Of a stretch of 64,000 nucleotides of DNA, positions 11,895 through 21,396 are shown piece by piece (positions within the stretch are counted from its first letter, which is position 1; every line of letters begins with the position of its first letter). The position numbers and the translations under genes were made by a program. Under the pieces are notes generated by a model. It searched no databases and had not been told where the DNA came from. It worked only from the letters and a program-made list of their open reading frames with translations. The stretch is from NCBI GenBank assembly GCA_000004985.1, contig GG738878.1; one strand, written 5' to 3'. The DNA is from Naegleria gruberi (Eukaryota).

Positions 11895-12725
11895 ATGAAG
11901 CAAACCTTTTTCATTTTGGTTGTTGCTTTGATATTAGCCTTCGTAGGAGGTTTGGTCAGCGCCGATGTGATCGATCACACCAATAGAATTCTCCCAGCGA
12001 CTACTCCATATCATATGGGTATTTTACATACTTTTGATCCATTTACTTCATCATGGTCCTTTTATTGTAATAGACCAGGTGCCGGACCTGGAACAAACGA
12101 TCAATTGGGTATTGTTGTTAATATGGGAAGTGATATTAGAATAATTGGTCCTAAAGTGTATAATGATGATAGTAATTTCCAAGTTGGTATTCAAGGGGGA
12201 GAGACTGGCAAGATTATTGATTTGGGTACTGAAGATGATGTCAGCAAAACTTATGGTTGTTCAAACTGTTTTACTGGTATTAAATTTAGTAGTGATGGAG
12301 TTGTTTCAGTTTTAGATAAGACAAAGAATTTGAAGCCAATTGACCTTACTGCCATGACAGTGGATCATGCTTCAATTAAAGTAGGTCATATTTACTTGGT
12401 CAAGATTAGCAATGGAAATGATGATACTGCTCTTTTTGTAAAGTTTATTGCTACCTCAGTTCTTTATGGAGCAAACAATGCTGTGGAAACTGTAACAATG
12501 AGACATCAACCAATGTATGTTAAAATTTCACAATCAACTGGAAGAGATTGCTCAGGTCATGTAGATCTTAATTCTGTTGTGGCTCAAGCTGAAACTGGAA
12601 TTAGTTTGGCTGTTATTGGATTGGTGGCTACCATTTTCATTGGTGTTGGAAATGTTGCCTTCTTAATTTATTATTTTGCATTTGCAAAGGGAAAGAGAGG
12701 TGGTGTTTATGGAACTCTCCAATAA
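11895..12725 (+). CDS. hypothetical secreted / C-terminally membrane-anchored protein
   Basis: A 276-aa ORF. It has an N-terminal signal peptide (MKQTFFILVVALILAFVGGLVSA) and a C-terminal hydrophobic segment (LAVIGLVATIFIGVGNVAFLIYYF). I recognise no family. Confidence 0.55.
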   Translation: MKQTFFILVVALILAFVGGLVSADVIDHTNRILPATTPYHMGILHTFDPFTSSWSFYCNRPGAGPGTNDQLGIVVNMGSDIRIIGPKVYNDDSNFQVGIQGGETGKIIDLGTEDDVSKTYGCSNCFTGIKFSSDGVVSVLDKTKNLKPIDLTAMTVDHASIKVGHIYLVKISNGNDDTALFVKFIATSVLYGANNAVETVTMRHQPMYVKISQSTGRDCSGHVDLNSVVAQAETGISLAVIGLVATIFIGVGNVAFLIYYFAFAKGKRGGVYGTLQ

Positions 12726-12965
12726 CTCAATAATAATAACATTCGAATGCTTTTAATATTTCTTATTTCACCATTTTGTAATAGTGTTGGGTATCATTAT
12801 TATAATCTGATTCCAATACATTATCTTGGAACATGTTAAAATACAAGAACTCATATTTCTGTCAAATTTCATTATAATCTCCACACGATTGCAATCATTG
12901 AATGATTTTGTATGGTTTAATTTTAGCCAACTGACATCTCCAGTTAACTCATCATTCAAAAAAAT

Positions 12966-14267
12966 ATGAAAACATCTCTCTTGGTTTTATGCACCTTGAT
13001 GGTACTCTGTGTATCCATTATGGCTGTGTCTGGCTCCTTCTTGGAACAAATTGTGGAAATGTCACTTTCTGATTCTAGAAGTTTCAAGTCGGGTGGTGGT
13101 AGCTCTGGAGGAGGTAGCAAATCTGGAAGCAGTAGCAGCAGCTCTGGAAAGTCATCCAGTAAGTCATCCTCATCCTCCAGTAAGAGTACTAGCTCTAGTA
13201 AAACCTCCACTTCAAAGAGTTATAGCAAGTCAACTGTCTCATCAAAGATGGCCTCAGCTTATTCTCAATATGCTAACAGTAGAATTGCTGGTATGAAGAA
13301 TCCAGCCAGCACCATGGCTGGTCTCAAAGCTGCCAATTTGAATGCTCGTTTAAGTGCTCAACCAACTGCTACTGTCAATGGTAAATTGACTGCTGCTGGT
13401 ATCAAGGCCTCTTATCAAAATCGATTGAATACAAGAGTTGCTGCTGCCTATCAACAATATGCTCAATCCAGAATGGCTGCTGCCAAACCAACTGCTAAGC
13501 CAACCAATATTGCTGCAGCTTATCAACAATACGCCCAATCTAGAATTGCTGGTATGAAGAATCCTGCTAGCACTTTGTCTAAACCAACTGCCAAACCTGC
13601 CAATATTGCTGCTGCCTATCAACAATATGCTCAGTCCAGAATTGCTGGTTTGAAGAATCCTGCCAGTACTCTCCCAGGTAGTTTCAAGATTGATAAGGGT
13701 TTGCTTACTGTTAATGAAGGTAAACCTGCCACTACTGGTTACGTTCCACAATCCAAGGCAGGTACTGTCATTGGTAAATCAGGTGTTACTGTTGGTACTG
13801 GATTCGATGTTGGTCAACAAAATGTTAAGGGTTTGAAAGCTCTTGGACTTTCACCAAGTTTAGTCGACAAGCTTTCTCCATACACTGGATTGAAGCAACA
13901 AGCAGCTAAGGACTTTTTGGCTAAGAATCCATTGTCCCTATCGCCTGCTGAAGTTGCATCCATTGATAAGGCAGTTATGGACAAGTTTTCTGCCAATTTG
14001 GCCAAAGATTATGCAGCTGCTGCTGCCAAGAATCCAACTGCTGTCAAGAATTTCAAGGATTTGCCAGCTCCTGTCCAATCAGTTGCTTACAGTGTCTACC
14101 ATCAATATGGAAGCTTCTCCAAGACTCCAAGCTTCATGAACAAGTTGGCCACCAATGATTACAATGGAATGGTTCATGAATTGAGAAACTTTGGTGATTC
14201 TTACTCAACAAGAAGAAATCGTGAAGCTGATCATTTGGAAAGTGGTTTGAAGGCTGCTTCAGGATAA
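12966..14267 (+). CDS. secreted protein with a Ser/Lys-rich region, 3x internal repeats and a C-terminal GH24 lysozyme-like domain (paralog of 2376-3710)
   Basis: A 433-aa ORF with signal peptide MKTSLLVLCTLMVLCVSIMAVSG. It has poly-S/K low complexity and three tandem copies of about AAAYQQYAQSRIAG(M/L)KNPASTL..KPTAKP. From FKIDKGLLT onward the C-terminal ~190 aa are about 75% identical to the other copy. They include the ...YSTRRNREADHLESGLK tail. Confidence 0.7.
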   Translation: MKTSLLVLCTLMVLCVSIMAVSGSFLEQIVEMSLSDSRSFKSGGGSSGGGSKSGSSSSSSGKSSSKSSSSSSKSTSSSKTSTSKSYSKSTVSSKMASAYSQYANSRIAGMKNPASTMAGLKAANLNARLSAQPTATVNGKLTAAGIKASYQNRLNTRVAAAYQQYAQSRMAAAKPTAKPTNIAAAYQQYAQSRIAGMKNPASTLSKPTAKPANIAAAYQQYAQSRIAGLKNPASTLPGSFKIDKGLLTVNEGKPATTGYVPQSKAGTVIGKSGVTVGTGFDVGQQNVKGLKALGLSPSLVDKLSPYTGLKQQAAKDFLAKNPLSLSPAEVASIDKAVMDKFSANLAKDYAAAAAKNPTAVKNFKDLPAPVQSVAYSVYHQYGSFSKTPSFMNKLATNDYNGMVHELRNFGDSYSTRRNREADHLESGLKAASG

Positions 14268-14363
14268 ATAAATTCTAATGTTGTTGCCATCTCTGAACAT
14301 ACTGGAATATTGTCTCAAGTTTTGAATGCCTAGATTATATATTTGAGAATTATCTTGGAATAG

Positions 14364-16191
14364 TTAAAATCTCTTCCTCCTAATCAATTCAACCACCTCA
14401 CTCATAAATTCCCTATCCTTGATGAGTTCTGGAGAAATAGATGTTAGAGAGCTGATTCCATGTATATTGAACAAATTCTCATCATGTTCCAACGCTGTGA
14501 GAACCACTTCCTTGTCCCTCTTAATTCTCTCATCGAACAATTGCAACAATGGGCCACTAATGGCTACAACTTGCAATGCAAATGATTTGTTGTGAAATAG
14601 TCCAGGTTGGAATAGCTTGAGTTTGAAAAGAGAGAAGGGATTTGACTTGCAAGCTTCGATAATCATATCAAAATCATCCTTGAATTTGGTCTTGTGAAGA
14701 AGATAGCCATTCTTTCTGATAGCTTCCAAGACGAAATCTCTGTTACCTGTTAGATCTGGGTGCAGGTAGCAATTTTCAGAATCTTTGGATCCAATCGAAT
14801 CAAGTACGAATTCCTTATTGAGTTGGAATGATTCGTGTGCGTATTCAAGTGCAGAGCTGTTCTGTTTCACTGCTGTTCGAATAATTTCCTCGTCCATCTT
14901 TAAATCATCACTAGCAAATTGTAAATCAGAACCTCTTCTTGCAACAGCTGTTAATACAATCTCTCTATCGCAGCGAAACCCTTCTGGTGTTACTGAGAGT
15001 GACATTCCATTCCTAACAAGGTTCATCACAACATTCCTATTCTTCATTAAAGAATCATTTATACCCTTCAAAGAGGTAATTTTGAAATTATCTAAACAAT
15101 GGTTAATAAACTCCTCGTCCTGTTTTAAATCTTTTGAAATGAAAGGAAATGCTTCCAAACTATTATTCATGGCTTCCAAAGCTATGACCTTATCTGATTT
15201 TAGAGATTGAGAAGCAAACTTTAACGATCCACCATTAGACTTAACTGCCTCTAAAACAATCTCCCTATCACTCCTTAACAGATCACTTGCATGATTCAAG
15301 TCATTTCCACAAGCTCTGACACATTTCAATACCAAATCTCTGTCCTCTCTGGCATCATCATTAAAGTAATCCAAACATCCACTTAATTCTACTCCAATAC
15401 ATGCTTCCATCACTTCCCTATCAGAGAAAACCTCAAATGGTAATTGATTAAGAGCAATCTTTGTTCCTTTCAAGGCTTCCAAAATCACAAATTTATCATT
15501 TTGCAAATCATCATCCAGCATTATGTAATTTCTAAAGTTATTCCTCACAGCTGTCAATATTAATTCTCTATCACTAACCAACAATTCATCACTGATATAC
15601 TCTGTAATAGAATGGCCAGTTTGAGCTGCAACCATCAACAATTCCCTATCATTGGAAATTAATTCGGAATAATCTTGCTCTTCTTCATCAGTGCGATGAG
15701 AGGATGGCAACGATTCCAAATAATTAAGCAATATATTAATACTCAAACCTCGCCTAATAGCTTGCAAGAATAATTCTCTACTACTTGGTGTTGTATTCAT
15801 CAAATAATCTTCATACAAGACACTTAATTTAGAGAGAAACTTTTCCGATTTGAAACACAATACATCATCATTACCTTCATCACTTGTCTGCATTGTAGAA
15901 TAATAGCTTGCACCAAAAATCAAAGGATTCCTTGATAAATTCATCATCCAAATAATCAAAGCAATCTAAATTGATGGTGGTAATGGCTTGAATAATCTTC
16001 TCTCGATCGGAAATGAATTTTACAAGTGATGGATATGAAGAAAGAGTTTTTAAGAGTTTGTTTTCGAGAATTTCAGTTTGATATTTGAATTGCAGTAAAT
16101 CTGAGGTTGATGATTGGAAATGATCGAGTAAAATTACGACTAGATGTTCCTTCATTTTTTTTGTCTTTTCAATATATTGATTTAGATGCAT
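14364..16191 (-). CDS. DUF4116-repeat protein; two overlapping ORFs joined by a frameshift
   Basis: The main ORF is 14364..15959, 531 aa. It has many DUF4116-type repeats (SDREIVLEAVKSNGGSLKFASQSLKSDKVIALEAM; GSDLQFASDDLKMDEEIIRTAVKQNSSALEYA). An upstream ORF at 15880..16191 (MHLNQYIEK...SDREKIIQAITT...) overlaps it in another frame. The frame switch falls at a T5 run (gatttttggtg). I read this as one gene with an indel, or a pseudogene. Confidence 0.6.
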
Positions 16192-16285
16192 CTGTTACTC
16201 ATCCGTAAGGTTTAAGTTGTTTCCTTAATAAATAAACATTGTTATTACATACTATATCATTGCATATTTCACAAATTTGATGTGA

Positions 16286-16359
16286 GCGCCGTTAGATCAG
16301 TTGGTTAGATCGTCAGCTTTACACGCTGAAGGTCAAGGGTTCGACTCCCTTACGGCGTA
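16286..16359 (+). tRNA. tRNA-Val (anticodon UAC)
   Basis: The sequence folds by hand into a cloverleaf. The acceptor stem is GCGCCGT/ACGGCGT with a G1-U72 wobble. U8 is present. The D-arm is GATC-AGTTGGTTA-GATC with G18G19. The anticodon arm is TCAGC-TTTACAC-GCTGA, with U33, anticodon TAC and A37. The variable loop is AGGTC. The T-arm is AAGGG-TTCGACT-CCCTT with a TTCGA T-loop. The discriminator is A. No CCA is encoded and there is no intron. Confidence 0.85.
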
Positions 16360-16367
16360 TCTTTTTT
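16360..16367 (+). terminator. RNA polymerase III terminator T-run
   Basis: A TCTTTTTT run follows the tRNA 3' end immediately. Confidence 0.5.
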
Positions 16368-16495
16368 AGGCCATCTTTTCCTTACTCCCTAAATCTTGCA
16401 AATTTTCTCTAAACTCTTATAAATTGTGTCAAATGATACCAATAATTTTTGTAAAGTTTACAATAAAATCTGTTTTAAAAAATAGCCCAAATTGA

Positions 16496-17815
16496 ATGAA
16501 GGAAATTATTCCCCTCTGTTTTGGACAATGTGGTATCAATATTGGCTCTGATTTTATTCAACAAATCTACAGGGAACATTTTTTCCCTTCCAAATCTTCA
16601 TCCTCATCAATTCATGATCGGAATGCTAATTATAATGAAAATGATGAATTGATGATGAATACAATGAGAGGAGAAGCCTCTATTTACTTTTCCGAATCAT
16701 CCAATAGTACATTCACCTCTCGGGGTCTTTTAATTGATTTACAAAGCCAATTTAAATATCAATCTAAATTGTTGAATAATGATGAAATACAAAATACAAT
16801 TGATTTGAATAATAATGTAATATTTCCAAGACAGAATGGTGTGTATTGCTCTCCAGATTGGCCAGGTGGTAAATATGAATCCGGAGCTGATTTATTTACC
16901 AATGATGTGATGGATCGAGTGAGGAAATTATTGGAGGATTGTGATTCGTTTCATGGATTTCAGTTTTTTCATGGGATGGTTGGATCTTCGAGTGGTTTCT
17001 ACTCGAGAATTTGTGCACATTTGAGAGAGGAGTATCCTGATAAGATGTTTTGGTCATGTAGTGTATTTCATGATTCCAAGAGTGAGGATAAAGCAGTGTG
17101 GATGTATGATTCCATATTGACCTTTCAGTACATGATGGAGCTCAATGATATGATTACCTGTGTGAGGAATAGTGAGCTAATTGATAAATGTGTACAGAAT
17201 GGAAAGGATTATCCAACTTATAGAGATTATAATAATGTGATTAGAAGCTTCTTTCCAAACATTACATCAGTTTTTAGGTATCCTTCTCAACAAGGATGTG
17301 ATTTGAGGAAAATGTGTCTCAATCTTGCACCTACCAGACACTGCTTGATTGAAGTTAGTGAAACTACTGCTTTACAAAATGAGACAACACCTATTTATGA
17401 AACAATTTATAATTTGAATAGTCAATTGATTCAACAAAAGAGTTCAGAGAAGATCCTTTCTGCCATTTCAATATTGAGAGCTAGTGGAACATTGGGCTTG
17501 GAAGCAGAAAGAAACCTTCGGAAATCAGTCAAAGATCATTCACAATCAGAATTTCCATTCAAACCCCTTGTTGTGAATCAACAATCAAGCGATAACACGA
17601 TCAGCAATACATTGCTTACCAACTCTTCATCAATTACCACGGCTCTGGAAAATATTTATGAAGTAACAGAAAGATTTTTCAGAAGGAAAACTTTCATTTA
17701 TGGATACACAAGAGGAGGATTAGAGGAAATGGAAATTACTGAATCTCAGTATTATCTTCGAGAGGCTATTGATACTTATACAGAGAGCGAACCTAAAGAA
17801 GATGAACTTGCTTAA
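16496..17815 (+). CDS. divergent tubulin-superfamily protein
   Basis: A 439-aa ORF that aligns to tubulin along its length. The N-terminus reads [24 protein letters not shown], compared with tubulin MREIVHIQAGQCGNQIG. The block [55 protein letters not shown] aligns with tubulin ..[42 protein letters not shown] and the C-terminal [25 protein letters not shown] (tubulin [24 protein letters not shown]) also match. The GGGTGSG GTP loop is degenerate (GMVGSSSG). Confidence 0.75.
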   Translation: [439 protein letters not shown]

Positions 17816-18176
17816 CCAGTTTGCTACTAATTAATTGGTCAACGTTTATTGTCTCCTTCGAGTGTCTTTATTTCTAAAAGTAATGAAATTTAAGACAACG
17901 ATGGGAGAGGAACAGTATTGCCATAGAAATATTCTCAGTTCAATACATATTAGAAAGTGGATCAATTAGTGACCTCAATGACGCCGTTTTCACACTTGAT
18001 GAATCACCAGAGGATGTGGAATTATCTACATTTGGAATGGTTTTCACACCTTTACAATACGTTGTTACTTGACTTACACTTATCATACAAAAATATAGCC
18101 ACCTTCGTTGCATTTCCACATCATGACAGTTCAATAAAACAATAGTACTCAATCAGTGAGTGGTAAAATAAAAACT

Positions 18177-18989
18177 TTACTTTCCTAAAGCAAGAGCCAA
18201 GAATCCAGTTTCCTCTGCCAAACAAATTTCATATCCATCACAATCAGAAATAATCACCACTTCAACATCGGCCTTTCCAGGTGTTGGTAAAACAATTGGT
18301 TCCTTAACAATGGAAATTCCAGTCGAAACAAAAACTTCCTCTTCCTTTGCTTTCAATACTTTTTGATGCATTTCCTTAATATCGACCTTTGATGAAATTG
18401 CCAATCGACCAAAAGCTTCTCCATGAATCAATTCCTCACTCTCACTCAATTGAACAAATTCAATTTTGGCTTGATCTTGAGCAAAACCTAATAGGGCTCT
18501 ATTTTCTCCTCTCTTGAAAACTTGCATTCCCAAAACTTGAGTATAGAATTGAATTTGTTTTTCCAAATTCTTGGTATGAAGTGAAATGTATTGAACTTGA
18601 TCATGTTCGAAAGAGTTTCTCTCACTTTCTTCCAAGTCTCTTTCTCTATTCACAAGCACATAGGTATATCCATTCGGATCAACAATAGTTTGCTTACTCT
18701 CAGCTGCCTTATCATGATGAATAACAATTTCTCTAAAATCATTACCCAACTTGTAACTCTTAATTCCATGATTTGCTGTCAATTCCAAAACAAAGTGAAG
18801 ATCTTCAGGTCCATATCCAATCATTGTCTTGGTCCAACTCAAATTATATCGACCATTACAAGCTGCTTCACATCCTGCATCAAATGATTCATGTCTCTGT
18901 TCAACCATGTTCAATTCCTTCTCATAGAATTGTTTAGACTTGGAATAGTTACCAATTTTGTGTACCCAATGAAGCATTCGGAATGACAT
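18177..18989 (-). CDS. glyoxalase-domain-containing protein 4 (GLOD4)-like VOC-family protein
   Basis: A 270-aa ORF. The segments HWVHKIGNYSKSKQFYEKELNMVEQRHESFDAGCEAACNGRYNLSWTKTMIGYGPEDLHFVLELTANHGIKSYKLGNDF and TPGKADVEVVIISDCDGYEICL match GLOD4 closely. Compare HFVFKVGNRF...[59 protein letters not shown]. Confidence 0.8.
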   Translation of the reverse strand: MSFRMLHWVHKIGNYSKSKQFYEKELNMVEQRHESFDAGCEAACNGRYNLSWTKTMIGYGPEDLHFVLELTANHGIKSYKLGNDFREIVIHHDKAAESKQTIVDPNGYTYVLVNRERDLEESERNSFEHDQVQYISLHTKNLEKQIQFYTQVLGMQVFKRGENRALLGFAQDQAKIEFVQLSESEELIHGEAFGRLAISSKVDIKEMHQKVLKAKEEEVFVSTGISIVKEPIVLPTPGKADVEVVIISDCDGYEICLAEETGFLALALGK

Positions 18990-20017
18990 GATGATGATGA
19001 TTAATTATTGATTATTATTAATATATTTGTTATCTTGTTATTAAATCTTTGATGATAATAAATTAATTTCTTCTCTCTTTAATTAAAATTATTAATAATA
19101 ATAAATATTAATTGATGATGATGATCAATAAGAAGAAGAATTTGATTTTTTTTCTGTTGTTTGGTTTGAAGGAGATGATAATCAACTAGATGATTTATTG
19201 TTTTTTCAAATGGATTGGAATTACGGAGTTGAAGAGGAGAAACTATTGGTTGGAATTTCAGACAAGTAACTCCTGAAGATTGTGAATGGTTCAACCTTCA
19301 TCAGGAGTAATAAGACTGAGGAGGAATGTTATTATGAATTTATTGTGTTGTGAACAAGTTCAAAGATTACATGAATTTGTTTGAATTGTACTTGTATGAT
19401 CTTATTTAGAGGGTTTATGTTGGTTGGTATCAACCTTCCACTTGTATTTTCTCCTTCTTCTGAAGATATTCTATGAATTATCTTCCTCACACTTGTTAGA
19501 TTCCTCAATAGCTTCCTCTGTTGATAATGTTCTTTGCCTTCTCAAATTATTGATGATGTTATGTTCAAGTACTTCTTTGCCTACCTTCTCAAAAGGTACC
19601 AATTTTACTTTTAATTATCGAGTTGTTGATGCTTGGAAGTGAAGACGCATCTTCCAACAATATTCTTCATAAGCAACTAATAGATGATGTGTACACGAAG
19701 TGAGAGTTGCTTTTCGATTTGTCTTCAGGCAATTAAATCCCCAAGATGATTTCCCTTCTGATGATGAATGGTTGTACACACTATAGTTGTTAGGCTTGCG
19801 TTCCGAATGTTATTGTATTCTTCATCCAATTAAAAGCCTTCCAATCCATCTGATAAACATCTTAACGATAACTTCAACAATTTTTATGTATTATTGTTCT
19901 TCTCTTTTCAAAGCCTTTTTGCCTTCTCTTCATCAAATTGGCTTGAAAAAATTTTCATTGTAAAAAGCGTGGATGAGCAAACAACTTTAAAAATTGTTCG
20001 AAAAAAAAAGTCAAAAA

Positions 20018-20629
20018 ATGGGCGCCTATAAGTACTTGAATGCCTTGTATAAGAAGAAGCAATCTGATGCTTTGAGATATTTGTTGAGAGTCCGTGCTTG
20101 GGAATTAAGACAATTGCCAGGTATCCACAGAGTTAACCACCCAACCAGACCAGACAAGGCTCACGCTCTTGGTTTCAAATCCAAGCAAGGTTACGTCATC
20201 TACAGAGTCAGAATTCGTAGAGGTGGTCGTAAAAAGCAAGTCCCAGGTGGTAGAGTCAATGGTAAGCCAGCTACTCAAGGTATCCACTTGAAGCCAAAGA
20301 GAAACTTGCAAGTTGTTGCTGAAGGCAGAGTTGGTAAGAGAATTGGTGGTTTGAGAATTTTGAACTCATACTGGGTTAACCAAGACGGTAGATACAAGTG
20401 GTTCGAAGTCATCTGTGTTGATCCATCTGCTGAATCAATCAGAGTTGATCCACAAGTTAACTGGATCGCTTCTCCAAAGCATAAGCACAGAGAAATGAGA
20501 GGTTTGACTTCCTCTGGTAAGAGACACAGAGGTCTCAGAACTAAGGGGTGTACCTCATCCAAGGTTAGACCATCCAGAAGAGGCGGTTGGAAGAGAAGAA
20601 ACACCACCAAGTTGCAAAGAAAGAGATAA
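20018..20629 (+). CDS. rpl15: 60S ribosomal protein L15e
   Basis: The whole sequence is the L15e family ([73 protein letters not shown]...). The true start is the ATG at 20018. The ORF-track start at 19994 is an upstream TTG. Confidence 0.9.
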   Translation: MGAYKYLNALYKKKQSDALRYLLRVRAWELRQLPGIHRVNHPTRPDKAHALGFKSKQGYVIYRVRIRRGGRKKQVPGGRVNGKPATQGIHLKPKRNLQVVAEGRVGKRIGGLRILNSYWVNQDGRYKWFEVICVDPSAESIRVDPQVNWIASPKHKHREMRGLTSSGKRHRGLRTKGCTSSKVRPSRRGGWKRRNTTKLQRKR

Positions 20630-21396
20630 ATCTGAGTGTTTGGTGTTCTCCTATAATAAAATCAATATTAAATTTAATTGTTGTTTTTTGGTTTTGTGTG
20701 ACAACAGGATAGTTTTGTTACTTGATTGAGCAAATGTTGTTGAAAATGTATTATCGCTGGATGGAGATTGGTTTTAATTAAATATTGAAAATATTGAATC
20801 TATGCTTTCTAGGGAAGTAAAACAGAATTTTTCATTGTCATTCACAGTGCAAAGGTGATGTCAATATGATTCCGAACTTTTTCATTCAATAAAATCAACA
20901 ATCTGTTTCAAACTAAGTGTGGTGAGCACACTATAAATTGTTATGGTTCCACAGCTAGCGTCTATTGTTATTGAAGATTTGATTTCTTCTTTGATTAATA
21001 GTAATGGAAGCATTGTCAATTAAATTGACCGAGGTCACTGTTGCGCTCAAAGAAACGATGGCAAAGTTACTGACACTCGAAAACCCTTTACCCAATATTC
21101 AATTATTTCTCAAACACAACATACTAAAGGTTTCTAATATTATTTAATGAAAGAAATGAATAGAAAAGTTCATTGTATTGTGCTGTATTTACAACTATTG
21201 ATCTTCAAAAGCCAAAAACAAGTTCGTATCAACCATCAACCTTCTTATTTGGAACATTACTCGAAATTTCTGCCACATTTCACTTTTCCATTGTTTTTAC
21301 TGCGATAGCATTTTGACATTTTCCATTTGAAAAAAACAAACACCAACAAGTATATTCACCCTTTCATATTTAATTTCTGCTTGATATCTCATTGAA

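Noticed and set aside
19300-19990. Codon-like text upstream of the RPL15 gene with no ORF of 60 aa or more on either strand
   Set aside because: No open frame and no recognisable homology. It is probably 5' UTR or promoter, or a badly decayed pseudogene, and the evidence is too weak to call.
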